From the NCBI RefSeq assembly GCF_964204645.1, contig NC_134027.1:22344560-22408559 (forward strand): DNA of 64,000 nucleotides, read 5' to 3'. The stretch is from Tubulanus polymorphus. Its lineage: Eukaryota; Animalia; Nemertea. The notes beneath the pieces are model-generated. The model saw only the letters and a program-made list of their open reading frames with translations. It made no database searches and was not told where the DNA came from. Positions 38,868 to 52,419 of this stretch are shown here, one piece after another. Both the position numbers and the translations under genes were made by a program. Numbering within the stretch: position 1 is the first letter of the stretch; each line of letters begins with the position of its first letter.

Positions 38868-39564
38868 TTTAGCAGTTTCGGTTATTAGATGATGCCGGGA
38901 TGAACTAACGAGTTCTGACTACGGAACATCACAAGGCATTTATTGGTGAATAAGTCAATAGGCAGGTGAAGTACAATGGCGCGTTTAAATGGATTTTTCC
39001 CCCGGTTTGGCATCTCTATAAGGTGAAGGTGGAATACGATATCAGTCCAATAGCTATATTCGAAAACCGACTAAATGTGTTGCAGAGCGTATTTCGAGCT
39101 TCCGTCTCGATACCAACTTCTGCCAGTTTGCCGCATTCTACAAGACATCACAACATAGCAATTTGTTCTATAAAATGAGATGATAAGGGAGACTAACAGA
39201 AACAAATCTAGACTTATAAAAAATAGCAAATCCCCCAACTCAGATTACGACACACTCGGCCAAGTTTCAAAAAGAAAAAACATACTAAGCATGTAAGCTT
39301 ATCGATGGCAAAATCATTCACTGGTTGATGGTGGCCATTAATCGGTAGAACTGCGAATTTGCACGGATCCAATTTTATTTTGTGTATGAAATTAATTGAA
39401 ATGCATCGAACTTAAAATCAAGCAGAAACTGAAAACTATTAAGAAAATAAGCATTCAAAATCAAAATATTCATATCTTTCGAATGAACTTCCAACAAAAT
39501 ACAGTTAAAGTTACAGTGGCGTATCAGATATCATGCAAATGATATATCAGATACGTACGTAAGA

Positions 39565-39646
<82 letters not shown>

Positions 39647-42255
39647 AAATGTGAATGTAACTTAAATTACTTAATAACTTACTTTAATAACTTAAATTGA
39701 ATATAAACATTCATTGCACAAGAATTCATTGTAAATGGTGAAATGTGTTTTAGTAAAACATCTGAACAGGTCGCAAAATGTTCGGCTCTATACAGAGAAT
39801 GTTCGGCTCTATACAGAAAATACGCATGAGAAAAAATAGGTGGCATCAGGTCATTATCTAATCACTGTAAATACACGGGCCAGTACCTAGGAGTTCTCAA
39901 AGGCAGTTGTTTCTGAGTTCAGTTGATACGTACCTGTTGGGGGGGGGGGGAGGGCTTTCAGATTGAAATCCGTAGAAGTATGGTAACTACAATTGACACA
40001 CTCAGGTATATCCATTCGATAGATATGTTTAGATTGAATAACTTATTCAGATCGAATAAGATTATAGAGACTTTAAGCATATTTGGGGAACAAATAATTT
40101 GATATCCCACTATACAATACAGTTTAGTTTCTATCAACATTTTGTTTCTTGGTTGCTTTTTCGGTACTTGGTGGTGTCTGTGTTAGTGAGCGATCCTTCC
40201 GTTTATTCGTGACGGGAGTACTGAAGACTTCAGCTTGACTATCAAATAGAATGTTGTAGAAGTGTGATACGAGTGCAGATTTCCCGAGTTCGTTTAAGTG
40301 AATGCCATTCTTGTCACTAGGTCATTACCTAATCACGGTAAATACCTAATCACGGGCCAGTACCTAGGAGTTCTCAAAGGCAGTTGTTTCTGAGTTCAAT
40401 TTATACGTATACCGGTTGGGGGGGGGGGGGGGGCTTTCAATATTTGGTAAAAATAAACAGTATGGGGACCGGGATAGAGGAAAAAGCCTTGTGTCCTAGT
40501 CTAAACCCTTTTTGGTTAATTCGATTTCAAAAATGCGTTTCTCTTGGCTAGGTCGATGTGGAGTTTGTCTGCTTCAAGTCATTCCAACTGATGATTGCGG
40601 TTCGTCAACAGCCGAAATGTTGTGGTCATGTTTTTAATAAATTTTGTCGATAGAAATTCGATTGCGGGGCTCCATCCATTTACAGTTGAAACGGATTGGT
40701 GTAGTTAATAAAATGTGTTTCTTCTTCGCCGCACGGTTCCACTCAGTAACTAAACCATCTCGCCAAAATGGGGAATCCGGAAACGACAAGTTTATCAGGT
40801 GATCGATTGAAGGGTTAACTTCAAGGCATCCGGTCGTCTCTATATTTGTAGTTGGCCCAGTCAGGTTTGGGCATGAGTCAATAGTTTAATGTGTATATGG
40901 GTAGTGTGCGGACGATAAGGCACACTAGATAATATATTAATTATAATTAATTATTATTATATCGAGAAAATCAATTTTCTCTCATGTCCCAAGGACGTAT
41001 CCGTACGTATGTGACGATCAGAATGAATTTGCTGATTTCGTTCCATCCACAATTTGAAGGCCTAGCTGGCTTTCGTTGGAATAATCAATGGGGAAAAGCC
41101 AATTTTTTTATTCACTGTCTGTTGAATTTGCATATTCAAATTAAGTTCGGCGCTAACAAGAGTCTTTGTTTTCATGTTCGTATTGCGCATGAGCGCGATG
41201 CACGTGGTTATCTTTACATTAGACGTCTTTGGCAGATTGCGAAACCCCGCAATCCAATTATGTTGTTATACGGAGAAGTTTAAGGGTCGTTTCTTACCTC
41301 TCTGTGGGCCTATATTATAGATAAATGAAAGGGGGCGCATTGGATCATAGGTAAAACAGTTGCATCATGGGTAACTAAGATGGCGCGAACCCGGTGAATT
41401 TTTTATCGTAGATTACGGTAAAATTTATCACGTCAGCAAGGTCAAAACCCATTATATAAGAAAAGTGCCTGTGGCTCAATCTAATGTACATGTTGTCAAG
41501 GTGCCAAATAGTGTATCTTGGTTCGATAACAAATTGTCTTGTTAAGATTTGTAAAGACAAACTTTATCTGTGCGTTGTTTGGGTTTTGTCGATTTCGAAT
41601 AAGAGCTTTTGTAGATTCAACGTCGACGTATGGAGCCTATACACATTCTGTAGTGAAAAGTATGGTGCCTGAACAGGGCCGTGAAAATATTTCCTGACAA
41701 AAAATGGAAAAACTTTTCGTCCCGACAAAAAATTTTGTCCAGTGAAAACAATTTTGTTTCGAACAAATGTTTGAATGAAAATAATTCTGTTCGGTTTAAA
41801 AACTTTTTACAATATACTTGTTCGAACGGAAAACTTAACATTCTGGCGAGAGAATGAAAACGATTCTGTTCGATCGAACAATTGTTCGAACTAAAAACAT
41901 TTCGTATGGATAAGAAAAAGAACGAAAACAGCTTTGTCCTAATGAGTTTTTTCAAATTGGTTCTATCAAATGAGATTTTATTGGTTGGAACGAAAAAATA
42001 TTTTGTTTCGACGAAAAATTTCGAGCGAAAGGTTTTTTGAACAAAAAAGATCTTTTTCTCGGGATCCGCAATAACTTAAGTCATTAGGAATTAATTCCTC
42101 ATTTTTGCTAATAGAATATCGTTAATAATTATGATTGATCATTGGAAGTCAGAACCAGTTAATCACTAATACATTTATTTTAATAAATCTGATTCCTCCT
42201 TTATAGTGAACTTAGCTTTAACCTAGTAGAGGCTACTAGCCTACGTAGGCCTATG

Positions 42256-43197
42256 AGGAGAGAATCCCACAATGATAATAAAAAGTCCGAAAATGAAACT
42301 TCGAGATAGTTTTCGACTATATCCTAATAGTCATCTTCAGGAATAATGAGATACTACAGAAATTATGAGATATATATACAATCCAGAGACAAAGAGACTA
42401 AAGGAAAATTAACGTAGAAACAGTTACACGCTAAAATAGATTAAAGGGAAGCAAACTAAGGGGTAATTATAAACAACAATAGTGACTATAAATATAAATG
42501 AAACTTAAAGTCAGTAGTAAAAAGAAAGACAAACTAGGGGGCACTTAAATTAAAACAAAGGTGAATACAAGTTAAGTCAGAGACGAAATTGATGAGAGAA
42601 CAAATAACAAATAATCAAAGGGGAAATCAAGTGTTGAGTTTAACCAGTTTACAGAGGAATTTTGATCTTAGTTTATTATGGGGTGAAAAACAATTGTTAA
42701 GGTTTACAACGTTGTTCGAATTTTCAATAATTAATGCAGATTCCAAAATATGTCTTCTAGTTTTATCGCTGCAAGGGTAAATTAATTCAGCATTAGCAAA
42801 ATCAAAATTGTGTGAAGTCTGAAAAACATGACTAGCAACTCCGCTTTCAGGTTTAAAGTTTTTTACATCTAATTTATGCTCTTTTATGCGTTGATTAAGA
42901 TTCCGACCTGTTTCTCCTATATATACTTTGTCGCAAACTTTACAAGGTATTTTATAAATTCCACAGTTTAGGGATTCGGTTTTCGGTTTGTTATTAATCA
43001 ATATGTTACTAAGTTTATTATTGTATTTAAAGATAAGTTGTTTATTTAGTGACCGAAGAGAAACTTTAGAATTCTCGAGGAAAGGTACATACGGTACAAT
43101 GATAGGCTGTTTATCGGTAGCCAACGTAGGAGTTCTAAGGTTGTTATTTCTAAAATGCGTAGTACGAGCTTTAAGTAGAGCCTTTTTCAATAGGAAA
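42256..43197 (-). mobile_element. Penelope-like fragment (mirror; hammerhead-like motif 42295-42340)
   Basis: Identical GIY-YIG ORF 42627-43190 and the same TSD. Confidence 0.93.
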
Positions 43198-44908
43198 TAC
43201 GTAGGCCTATGTATATGCGTATGCCTAACATCCGGACGGATTGGGTCTCAGGCCTATTGAATTTCAACCCTCCTAAACATTTTATTCCTACACCTTATTT
43301 AACAGGGATAGGTCTCTGGGATATTCAATTCGTAACATCGATTTTATTTTCGGATTATGAAGAAAGAAATCTTTTGTACATCGCAGCAATGTTGCCAGAT
43401 TTTTTTTTGCAAATTTTGTTTTGGAGTTCAATCCATGAGTCCGTTAATCATCACAAAAATTACATGTGTTTGTTTGAGACAGTAAAGCTCACTACCGGTA
43501 GACCTAAAGGTCACGTACCCCCGCGGCGAACACTTACTCCGATTATAAGCGTGAGTCCAGCTTACGGATGAGAGTGTGTCATATACCTGTATTTAGTAAA
43601 TATCCCGTGGATTTGGAAAAGCTCGGTGTGTACGGTAGGAAAAGTAGAATACTGATGCATGTTTGACGCCCGGGGCCAAATCACTGTAGTAATAAATTCA
43701 TTTATTTTGATACATCGTCAACACTACAGCTTTTCTCTGCTGTATCTGTTCGGCCTGTTTAGTTTGGTCGTTTAGTTTAGGCCCACGACTCGCCGGGACT
43801 TAAATGATTTACCTTAGTAAATATCCGGTAAATTTTGTATAGGGAAATAGAATATTGTAAAACTAACTGTTTGAAGCCCACAGGCAAATCACTGGGAGTA
43901 ATAAATTTATTTGTACTTGATTTGATTCTTATGGCGAGGAAAACTCGCAGCAGATCCGCGGAACGACGACGTAAAGACACACGTTGATTATCGATCTTTA
44001 CAGCTCAATAGTGCTTATAATATTTATAATATTCAGAGTAGTTAATATCATGGTGATCGGTAAAGTGTACCGATGAAAAAAATGGGTAATTGTTAAGATT
44101 ACTGCTCGAAGACCGCAACTGAATGTGAAGGCTTGCGGCAATAAATTTGTTTATTTACACTTGAATTGATAATCGAAGTGAGGGCCAGCCGGCGGATGAT
44201 TTCGGGATGACGACTCTAAAAAACATGTCGCCTCAATGAATGGGGCTCAATTTTCGATGTTTACAGTGCTATTGTAACGTTGATTCATCAAAATACCTAA
44301 GCAGTATCTGTAGATCGAAGTGAGCTAAATTAAATAAAACTGATTGTATCGGAAAGCGCCCTTAGGTAAGAAAGCCTTTGCGGTTTTGACGTCAATTGTC
44401 AAATAATAATAATAAACACGCGAATATCAATAGGGTTTTCTGTGATGTAACGGAAAACCCTAATTATTTAGGGCTTAGCCGTGCATGACTCTTTTGCATT
44501 TCAAAATTTCATCCTCGAGCGAACACCCAGGTCATACCCCCTTACCCCTTACCCCTTACCTCCCAATTTTTTTGTTCAACAATAATGAACAACTAATCTT
44601 AAACCTACGGTAACACGTTTTTGGGACACCCTGTTTATTTTTTATTGAGCTATCTGTAGTGTTAGCTAATGGTGTTTGTGGTATGCCGCCCTCTAGTGAA
44701 GGTTTCAATAAAATCAGTTTCTTAACATTGCAACTATAATTAGTTCTTGTGAAGTTCATTTCATCCTGGCGATCGACCATTATTGTTGAAATTGGTTCCT
44801 CGGAGACTTTTAAAGATTAGAAGATGCATAGTACCGTAGTAAAGAATAATCATGAATATTGCAGAGGGGTTTTCTGCAAAATAGCAAATAACCCTAATGA
44901 ACATCAAA

Positions 44909-45889
44909 CTATGTACTTCGATAGCGCAACGACTTCATTTCTTGTTGAAAGTTTTTACTGTACACATAATAAAATATACCGTTCACAGACGAATTTAGGG
45001 CTTGAAAAATTTCATTCAAAAGTAAAACCGGCCAGATGACAGCCCATGAAAAGTATCTGATCAGAATATTGAATGCCATTTCTGGAAAAACAGACACCAT
45101 GAATAAGGCGGATGCAACAAATACCATTTTGTTGCCGGTTCCCTCTTGTTTAGTTTGTTTAGTCGAGTCGGCGCCGATCAGTTGTTTCCTATTTTTAGCG
45201 TGAATTCGTAGTTGAATTATCATAATCGTATTCAGTAGTGGGATAAGAGCGAACGGTAAATACGTCGTGGATATGTTTTCTAACAAATACGAATACGTGG
45301 GGGCACTGGAAACTATTTTTGCATCGCGGATAGACAAGCCGTAAGTACATGTCGTGTTGACGTACGCAATAATTCGATCCTGCGCGCGGTAAGAAATCAA
45401 GCCAGTCCACATGATTACACAAACCGCAGAAAGTATATAACAATGTTTTAACTTCCAATATCGTTTAGCTTTGAGCGGAAAACAAATGTTAAATGCTCGA
45501 TCTAACGTCACTAAAAGCGTCAGGCCGTTCCTAACGTAAGAACCCCATTTTGAGATTACGTTACCCGCTATATAAAGCTCAGGGGCTCCCAAACCCACGT
45601 CTAAATACAGTCCGGTCTTTCCGTGGCGAATAAGCTTCAAAACCCAAACGAAATGGTTGTAAATAATGGCGGCGATGCAACAGACAATGTCAAAAATGGC
45701 CAGTAACAACAAGACAAAATGCGAAGTCGCGAGGCTATTCCTTTTATGCAGCCGATAAAGCACGATTATAGTAACTGAGTTGGAAACAAGACCAAACCAA
45801 CCAATCGGTCCTATGACAGTTACTGCGATAATATTCCAAATGACGCGATCGCGGGGGAAACATTTCAGCACAACTGAAGCGTTTAACAT
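44909..45889 (-). CDS. Class A GPCR family B copy 2 (mirror)
   Basis: Protein identical to 25657-26637. Confidence 0.92.
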   Translation of the reverse strand: MLNASVVLKCFPRDRVIWNIIAVTVIGPIGWFGLVSNSVTIIVLYRLHKRNSLATSHFVLLLLAIFDIVCCIAAIIYNHFVWVLKLIRHGKTGLYLDVGLGAPELYIAGNVISKWGSYVRNGLTLLVTLDRAFNICFPLKAKRYWKLKHCYILSAVCVIMWTGLISYRAQDRIIAYVNTTCTYGLSIRDAKIVSSAPTYSYLLENISTTYLPFALIPLLNTIMIIQLRIHAKNRKQLIGADSTKQTKQEGTGNKMVFVASALFMVSVFPEMAFNILIRYFSWAVIWPVLLLNEIFQALNSSVNGIFYYVYSKNFQQEMKSLRYRST

Positions 45890-48686
45890 CACTGACGAGT
45901 GCGCGATGCTGGAACACGTCTATGATACTCGAAAAGAATTTGATTATAGAGTGTTGAAAATTATATACTAGTACAAGAGAAAGCGTATGCAATATATACT
46001 TCCAGAATGATCCTCTATTTCAGAGTTTGTTGAGCCCTGAGATAATGGCGTTTCAATTGATAGGGGCTGCATTTTAGAATCTTGCCAAAAAGCATAGCGA
46101 ATTTCACATGAAGAAATTCTAAATCCGGTTCGATAGGATATGATGTTATCAATTTCATATAGATTGTGAGCAAGTTCCACAGTTGTATAAGTTTAGTCAA
46201 TGATTTTACTATGTATTCACGGGTTCAATTTGTCTCTGAATTCACTTTACTTCCATGTTGCTTGGGTTTAATCTAATTCTGCATCCAGTCATGCATGCCC
46301 AAGCCCTAAATGATTAATTCTTAAAGTTGGGTAACACATTTGCTGAGACACCCTGTATGAGTTCGAGGATTCTAATCAAAGTCCAACAGCTCCGATCCGA
46401 TGCTGAGACACCATTTTGTATTCAGTCAGTGGAGCAAGAATGGGGTGGCTCCACAAATACAAATCAATGTAAATCATTTGAAACTTCATTGGTTATTTTG
46501 TTTACAAATACGCATCAGATTGCATCTACTAGATTTCTAGCCACGGAAAAGTCGGATTGCTAATGGCTTTTTAATTAAGCAAACGGCAATGTGTTTTTAC
46601 TCTTAATCGCTATATAGTCTTCCCCGTTTCCTGTTTTAGTTCAATTAATTCTGTATTGAGTCAATAAAATCCGAGAGTCATCTATTGCAACAATGAAACG
46701 TTTTATCATTGAAATCAACGTAAAACCTTAGCTGTCGGATGAAATATCCTCCGTTACTTTATCAACGACAAAATGGATAGATGACAACACCAACTCGATT
46801 GTTCAACTAACTTTTCCTTTTTTTCGATTTTCTTATAGGATCATGAGAAGTATTTTCAAAAAACAATGGTTTTCCTTGGATAGCCTACAGAAGGTGTCAC
46901 GGTGACAATATATTCTTCATATTTCGATGAGAATGCTGACGAACTGCGACCTGCTGGCTGGCTATAATGATATATAATCCATATTCAAGCTTCGCTAGAC
47001 GAATACATTCATTTTTACAAGGAACGCTGTAAAACCCGGGCAGTTATCAATACAATATTATCATCCATAAAGCCTTTCCAAGCCTGTACAAATCATTCTA
47101 TAGCATTCAAAAACATATACGAATTACTCTAGACTGCCTGGGAGACGAACCGAGGGGTCAATCAAAAAAAAAGACTTGAAATCTGCAAAAGCCGAAAATA
47201 CAGTTCTAATGTTCAATATGCGCCCCACCTCATAGAGAAGGCAAACCGGGGGGAAATCCATTCTAGCATGCCAATATACTGCACCTGCCTCTGTTGACTT
47301 ATTCACTAAAAAATGTCTCGTGTTTTTCGATCGAAATTTAATTCTTATGACGAAATTATTTTCACTCACGAATATTTTTCTACGGAAATTTTTATGACGA
47401 TTTCATTTTTTTTGTCAGGAAATATTTTCACGGCCCTTATCAGCCACCTTTCTTTTCACTACAGAATGTGTATAGGCTCCATACGTCGACGTTGAATCTA
47501 CAAAAGCTCTTATTCGAAATCGAAAAAGCATGAACAACGCACAGAAAAAGTTTGTATTTACAAATCTTAACAAGACAATTTATTATCTATACAAGATAAA
47601 CTATTTGGCATCTTCACAACATGTACATTAGATTGAGCCTCAGGCACTTGTCTTTCTAGTCGTCACATACGTACGGAAGCGTCCTTGGGACATCAGAGAA
47701 AATTTATTATTTCTTGGTATATTATCTTGTGTGCGCTATCGTTCGCACACTACCCATATACACATTAAACTATTGACTCTACAAAGTTGATGAGATGCCC
47801 AAACCTCAATGGCCCAACTACAAATATAGAGACGACCGGATGCCTTGAAGTTAACCCTTCAATCGATCACCTGATAATATTGTCGTTTCCGGATTCCCCA
47901 TTTTGGCGAGATGGTTTAGTTACTGAGTGGAACCGTGCGGTGAAGAAGAAACACATTTTATTAACTACACCAATCCGTTTCAACTGTAAATGGATGGAGC
48001 CCCACAATCGAATTTCTATCGACAAAATTTATTAAAAACACGACCACAACATTTCGGCTGTTGACGAACCGATATCATCAGTTGGAATGACTTGAAGCAG
48101 ACAAACTCCACATCGACCTAGCCAAGAGAAACGCATTTTTGAAATAGAATTAACCAAAAAGGGTTTAGACTGACCACAAGGCTTTTTCCTCAATCCCGCT
48201 CCCCCGTACTGTTTATTTTTACCAAATATTGAGAACCCCCCCCCCCCCCAAACAGGTACGTAACAATTGAACTCAGAAACAACTGCCTTTGAGAACTGCT
48301 AGGTACTGGCCCGTGTATTTACCGTGATTAGATAATGACCTGATGCCGCCTATTTTTTCCTCATGCATATTCTCTGTAAAGGACCGTACATTTTGCGACC
48401 TGTTCAAATGTTTTACTAAAACACATTTCACCATTTACAATGAATTCTTGTGTAATGAATGGTTATATTCAATTTACGTAGTTATATTCATATTTCGCAC
48501 GATATAGATTTTCATAAATTGAGTAAATTGCAATGGATCATCTTCATTCGCTGCAAATAATAAATCTAACAAATTAATTGTAGTTACGTGTTGAATTGTT
48601 GATTCGTTTTCCAATACGCGAGAAGACACGCTCGGTGCAGTAAACTCTCAGACAATCAGTACATTCTGATTTGTACCTCATGAATC

Positions 48687-49637
48687 ATGAATTCTACTCA
48701 GACGCAAATCGGCAGAACTTATAACAGTTACATCGTGCTCATGTCTGTGGTGAACAGGTCTGGAATTTATCGTACTGTGTCAGTGGTCATTCTGCCTACT
48801 TTGTTCCTGTTTGGAGCGTTTGGGAACTCAGCTACTTTCCTGATAATGATAAGTCGTAGATTCCGCAGTTTATCTTACGCTAACTATCTGATCGTTCTGT
48901 CAGTCAGTGATTCCATATACTGTATCAATGTTGCACTGATGCCTGTTTTACAGTTTGTTCTCTATCGTCTAGACACTGGCCCAATATTTATCATAGATTC
49001 AGTGATCAGTTGTCAAATATATGAATTTCTTATGGCGCTTGCAGCCTGCAATAGTTCGTGGTTGATAGTAGCAATATCTCAAGAACGTGCGGCAGTTGTG
49101 CTCTTCCCGTTCACATCTCGTTTGATATGTACACCGAGATTCGCTAGATTTGCTACATTAATAATTACTGCAGTGAATGTACTGGTTCTATCTCTCACAC
49201 CTGGTTTGTCGATCCATTTTGCTGACCAGTTCTTTGGATGTTTCTATAAGCTAAGTGATCAAATCACATATTTCATAGTATTCGTCGTACATGTTTATGT
49301 GGTGCCTTTAACTTTCATTATCACATCAAATTCGGTTATAATAGTTGAGTTATTTAGAGGTTCAAAAATAGTTTCGTCTGATCAGAAAACTACAAAATCA
49401 AAACGTATAACAATAATGCTTATAACAGTTTCACTCGCATTTGCAATATTCCTACTTCCGTCCGCTATCACTTCATTGTTACCCATCTCACCGGAACAGG
49501 GAGAATTTCTATATGACATATTTGTCCAGTTTCAAGTCGGTAACTATGCGGTAAATTTCTACATATATCTTCTACTGGGACGAGAAATTCGCGAATATTT
49601 CTGTATGAAAATCCGCTGTAGAAAATCAGTCAGATAG
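48687..49637 (+). CDS. Class A GPCR family C (mirror)
   Basis: Protein identical to 21909-22859. Confidence 0.92.
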   Translation: MNSTQTQIGRTYNSYIVLMSVVNRSGIYRTVSVVILPTLFLFGAFGNSATFLIMISRRFRSLSYANYLIVLSVSDSIYCINVALMPVLQFVLYRLDTGPIFIIDSVISCQIYEFLMALAACNSSWLIVAISQERAAVVLFPFTSRLICTPRFARFATLIITAVNVLVLSLTPGLSIHFADQFFGCFYKLSDQITYFIVFVVHVYVVPLTFIITSNSVIIVELFRGSKIVSSDQKTTKSKRITIMLITVSLAFAIFLLPSAITSLLPISPEQGEFLYDIFVQFQVGNYAVNFYIYLLLGREIREYFCMKIRCRKSVR

Positions 49638-50166
49638 ATAACCATTGATTTCAAGTTTACCCATCATAAACTCAAGAAAATGGTTAATAGAGATTTACAA
49701 TTAACGAATCTATATACACCCTATATTATGCAAGATTATATCAAATTGTCAAGGATTCGACAGACATTCTTTTAATGGACTACCAGGGGCTGATGATCAA
49801 GCTGATGTAAAGGAAAAATTAAAAATCCATAAAGGAACAAACAGTTTCATTTTGAAGAGTTTCAGTTTAAAGGGAAAGTATTTAAGAATATGAAGAATAT
49901 ATCAGTCGGAAAAACACTCAAGAATGTTCAGCAACAAACGAAAATGTAAACATACAAAATTCTCACAGTACAATATAGCATTTTGTTTCACAATTTTTCT
50001 TAGAGAAAGAAATACGTAATGTAGTAAGTAAGTAAGTAAGTAAAGTTTATTCTGACATTGAATTAAGTACAAGATTGCTATAGAAATACATTCATGCAGC
50101 ATACACAGTAATTGATACTATAACTGTTTGGTCAGTTTCTTTCTGTTATTTTACGTTAGACGATCA

Positions 50167-50226
<60 letters not shown>

Positions 50227-50241
50227 GTATATATATAATAT

Positions 50242-50272
<31 letters not shown>

Positions 50273-50468
50273 ATATATAATATGTAGATCTTACGATATT
50301 GATATCTGATACGCCAGTTACTTAGCGCATATGTTATAAGCATATATCATATATACTTAAAATTTTAACTGTATTTTGTTGAAATTTCATTCGAAAGATA
50401 TGAATAATTTGAATGCTCATTTTCTTTATAGTTTTCAGTTTCTGCTTGATTTTAAGTTTGATGCATTT

Positions 50469-51824
50469 TGTCGACGAGAGCGACATAAAGAAAATTACGA
50501 CGGTTCTTTAACGCACAAGTTCTATTTCCGACATACGAAGATGTGTGGTTAACTACAAATAAACAAATAATACAGTATTCAAATTAACAAAATTAACAAA
50601 AATAAATCGAAGAATTATCTGTAATGTACATTGTAGGCCTAAATATTTCCTAAATTCCAATTCCAACAGATTTCTACTTACAAGAACCATGTCGAGTGTA
50701 CGTCTAATGCTGGCAAAAAGCCCCGAAATATTCTACGACATGACTTTAAATAAAGTTCTACAGACAGAAAACCATACAGACGTGAATGTGATATGTATAG
50801 CATGCATGTAAATTCTGGAAGCTTAATTCAATGAAGCAAGAAATCTAAACAGAATATAGAAATGCAGTAGAATAATTCAAACAAATCAAGCCCTAGAAAC
50901 ACAAAGTATGAGTATCTAAGCAAAGCAAACAAATAAAAAAAAGAAAAACAAGTTTAATATGTAACACGGCGCCCCCTTGACGTCTGATACTTGATTACGT
51001 CAAAACGTTATTTCATTACTCAAACACTCTGAATAGAAATATCAATACAATTCATATTAATTTCATAATGCAAAATGCAGTAACCAAGAAATGATTCAAT
51101 TAATCCACACTTTCTTCAAGAACAGCAACCTTTGTTACCGGTCTCAAAAACTCTAACAACCATCCGCACCCGGGCAAACTTCAATCACTCTAGCTAAAAG
51201 CCACTGGCTACGAGGTAGGTTGGTGTCAACGAGCACAACTAAATCACCAGTTTTCATTACACGGCTGTCTTTAAACCATTTTTTTCGTACCGTTATATTG
51301 GGTAGATATTCTCTACACCACCGACGCCAGATATGGTCAGCGATCACTTGGCTTTGACGCCACCGTTTTCGACTGTTGATTTCTTTCTCGCAAGATACAC
51401 CTGGACATTCAATATTACAGGAACCTCCCAACAAAAAATGATTCGGAGTGATAGGGGTGAAATCTGTTGGATCACTACTATCATATGTAAATAGGCCTAC
51501 TGTTGATAACAGCTTCGGTCTCAATCAAAGCCGTTCTTAATACGGATTCTGTTACCAATTATTCTTTGAGAACCTGTTTAAGTACTCGTTTTGTTGATTT
51601 AACGAGTCTATCCCATGCACCCTCAAAGTGAGGTGCACAGGGAGGTGAAAAAATGCCATTTAATTCCACGCTGAAGTAGAAAATTGTGTATTTGATGCTG
51701 ATTTAATTGCAATAAAGTTTCACGCAAATCTTTTTCAGCACCCACTAGATTCGTTCCATTACACTAAATATCTCAGAAGGTTTAGAACGACGCCCGATCA
51801 TATTTCGTTACAAAAGAATGAATG
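50469..51824 (-). mobile_element. Bel/Pao fragment with LTR (mirror)
   Basis: Reverse complement of 19641-20996; ORF 51153-51524. Confidence 0.9.
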
Positions 51825-52419
51825 CAACTGAAGCGTTTAACATCACTGACGAGTGCGCGATGCTGGAACACGTCTATGATACTCGAAAAGGATTTGATTA
51901 TAGAGTGTTGAAAATTATATACTACCCGATGCGCTTCCTTAAAAACAATGATAGACAAGAGAAAGCGTAGTATTCAATATATACTTCCAGAATGATCCAC
52001 TAATTCAGAGTCTGTTGAGCTCTGAGATAATGGCGATGGAAGAAATTACATCAATTGATAGGGGCTGCATTTTATAATCTTGCCAAAAAGCATACAGAAT
52101 TTCACATGTAGAAATTCTAAATCCGATTTGATAGGATATGATGTTATCAAATTTCATATATATTGTGAGCAAGGTCCACCGTTGTATAAGTTTAGTTAAT
52201 GATTTTACTATGTATTCATGGGTTCAATTTGTCTCTGAATTCATTTTACTCCCATATTGCTTGGGTTTAATCTTATTCTGCATCCAGTTCCACAAAATGC
52301 AACTTTACAAACGATTTTGACTCCTCACAAAGGCTGACTGTAGGGAGTGATGCTTTTATTCAATGAATTTATTGGAAAACCTGACCAATTAGCAACAGGT
52401 AGAAGTTGTTTTAAAACGT